Assembly: GCA_026770705.1 (NCBI GenBank)
Contig: JANJGN010000052.1
Coordinates: 3,968,001 to 4,032,000 of the forward strand
Length of the DNA: 64,000 nucleotides
Reading direction: 5' to 3'
DNA from: Isurus oxyrinchus
Lineage: Eukaryota
Below are positions 62,576 to 64,000 of this stretch, piece after piece (the first letter of the stretch is position 1; each line of letters starts with the position of its first letter). A program made the position numbers and the translations under genes. The notes under the pieces are model-generated. The model had not been told where the DNA came from and made no database searches. It was given only the letters and a program-made list of their open reading frames with translations.

Positions 62576-63489
62576 TGGGGGAATATGAGAGTGTATCTCG
62601 GAATGAGTTTGAAGAATTGAAGCATCCTCACAGGCTGCAAGTGTCCCTCAGGTCAGAGTTGGTTCCACTGGAAAATCCTGAAGAGAAAGAAAGCGAATTC
62701 TGTGCCGCTCTGAGCAAACTGAAGAAACAGTTGGCAGGGAAGACCCAACCATGTCCAATGTTCCAGGAGGAAGGCAAGAGATACAAGGAAGAGACTGAAG
62801 AGCTGAAGATTCAGCTGAATGAAACCAAAGAGGCAGTTACAGTATCACAACAAGTTTACAGTGCAGAAGGAGGCCATTCAGCCCCTTGAGCCTGTTACAC
62901 AGGAACAGGAGGAGGCCATTCAGCCCCCTCGAGCCTGTTACACAGGAACAGGAGGAGGCCATTCAGCCCCTTGAGCCTGTTACACAGGAACAGAAGGAGG
63001 CCATTCAGCCCCCTCAAGACTGTTACACAGAAACAGGAGGAGGCCATTCTGCCACTTATGTCCGTTATACAGGAACAGGAGGAGGCCATTCAGCCCCTTG
63101 TAGGGTGTGGTGGTGTGTGTCAGCTTCACCTGCGACTTCTGAGCCGTCTGAATCACTCCCAATCCCTGGGTTCTAGACCTTGGACTTATTCGGGGCTTGT
63201 CACAAAGTGCAGCAGACAACTGGTTTTGGTGCAAGACAAAAACTGAGTTTACTGAAGTCACAAATGAACTTATAACATTAGGATGACACTGAGATTATAC
63301 AGACTTACAAAGTACACTGAGTTAAGAATGGGGAACACACGGCATAACGAGGGAGAATCACGCTACTAATGCCCTTACCCTTGTCCCACCACCAAACCCT
63401 AACTAAATTGCACTAGGAGAGGTCAAGGGTCATGCTCACCAACCCAGGGTTCCTTGACAGTTGGAAATTTTGAGAACCCTTCAAGAGAT

Positions 63490-64000
63490 GGGGAGGGTTA
63501 CAGGGGCTGGAGGAGGTTACAGAGATAGGGAGGGTTGTAGGGGCTGGAGGAGGTTACAGAGATAAGGAGTGTTGTAGGGGCTGGAGGAGGTTACAGAGAT
63601 AGGGAGGGTTGTAAGTGCTGGAAGCTGTTCCAGAGATAGGGAGGGTTGTAGGGGCTGGAGGAGGTTACAGGTATAGGGAGGGTTGTAGGGGCTGGAGGAT
63701 GACACAGAGATAGGGCGAGTTGCAGGGGGTGGAGCAGGTTGTAGAGATAGGGAGGGTTGTAGGGACTGGAAGAGATTACAGAAATAGGGAGGGTTGTGGT
63801 GGTTGGAGGATGTTACAGAGATGGGCAGGATTGTCAAGGCTGGTGGAGGCTTGGGAGATTATTAGGGTTACAGTGGCTAGAGGAGGTGACATGTATAGGG
63901 GTGTTGTCGGGCTGGAGGTTGTTACAGGGATAGGGAGGATTGTATGGGCTTGTGAAGGAGGTTACAGATATAGGGAGGGTTGTGGGAGGTGGAGGAGGTT
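63490..64000. repeat. 37-bp minisatellite ggaggttacagagatagggagggttgtaggggctgga (also 3635-3800)
   Basis: Tandem copies seen directly. Confidence 0.9.

Overview
Vertebrate genomic scaffold with several N gaps; the repeat content (CR1-clade LINEs, L2, Deu-type SINE-derived minisatellites, Penelope-like and Gypsy elements) suggests a cartilaginous fish (inference). The window holds a tandem, + strand cluster of Siglec-like (V-set + C2-set Ig) receptor genes. Most of their short exons are missing from the ORF track and were read by hand. Gene A (3528-14296): leader, V, C2, two Ig exons, a TM exon opening with an in-frame TGA, then candidate tail exons with YxN motifs. Gene B (17756-22315): leader, V, C2, a disrupted Ig exon, and a TM containing Arg with a short Tyr-free tail, i.e. 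activating type. Gene C (24992-38970): leader, V, C2, Ig, TM, then TWO duplicated two-exon cytoplasmic cassettes ending in ITIM-like and TxYxxI motifs, i.e. inhibitory/switch type. Gene D (60335-61487): same leader as A, but a divergent Siglec/MAG-like V exon cut by a Gypsy fragment. The constant exons of A/B/C are nearly identical, while the V exons are hypervariable and mosaic. The best candidate for an undescribed system is therefore a paired activating/inhibitory Siglec-like receptor family diversified by gene conversion, exon shuffling and alternative tails. All gene models are predictions from splice signals, phase and paralog comparison; no expression evidence is available.
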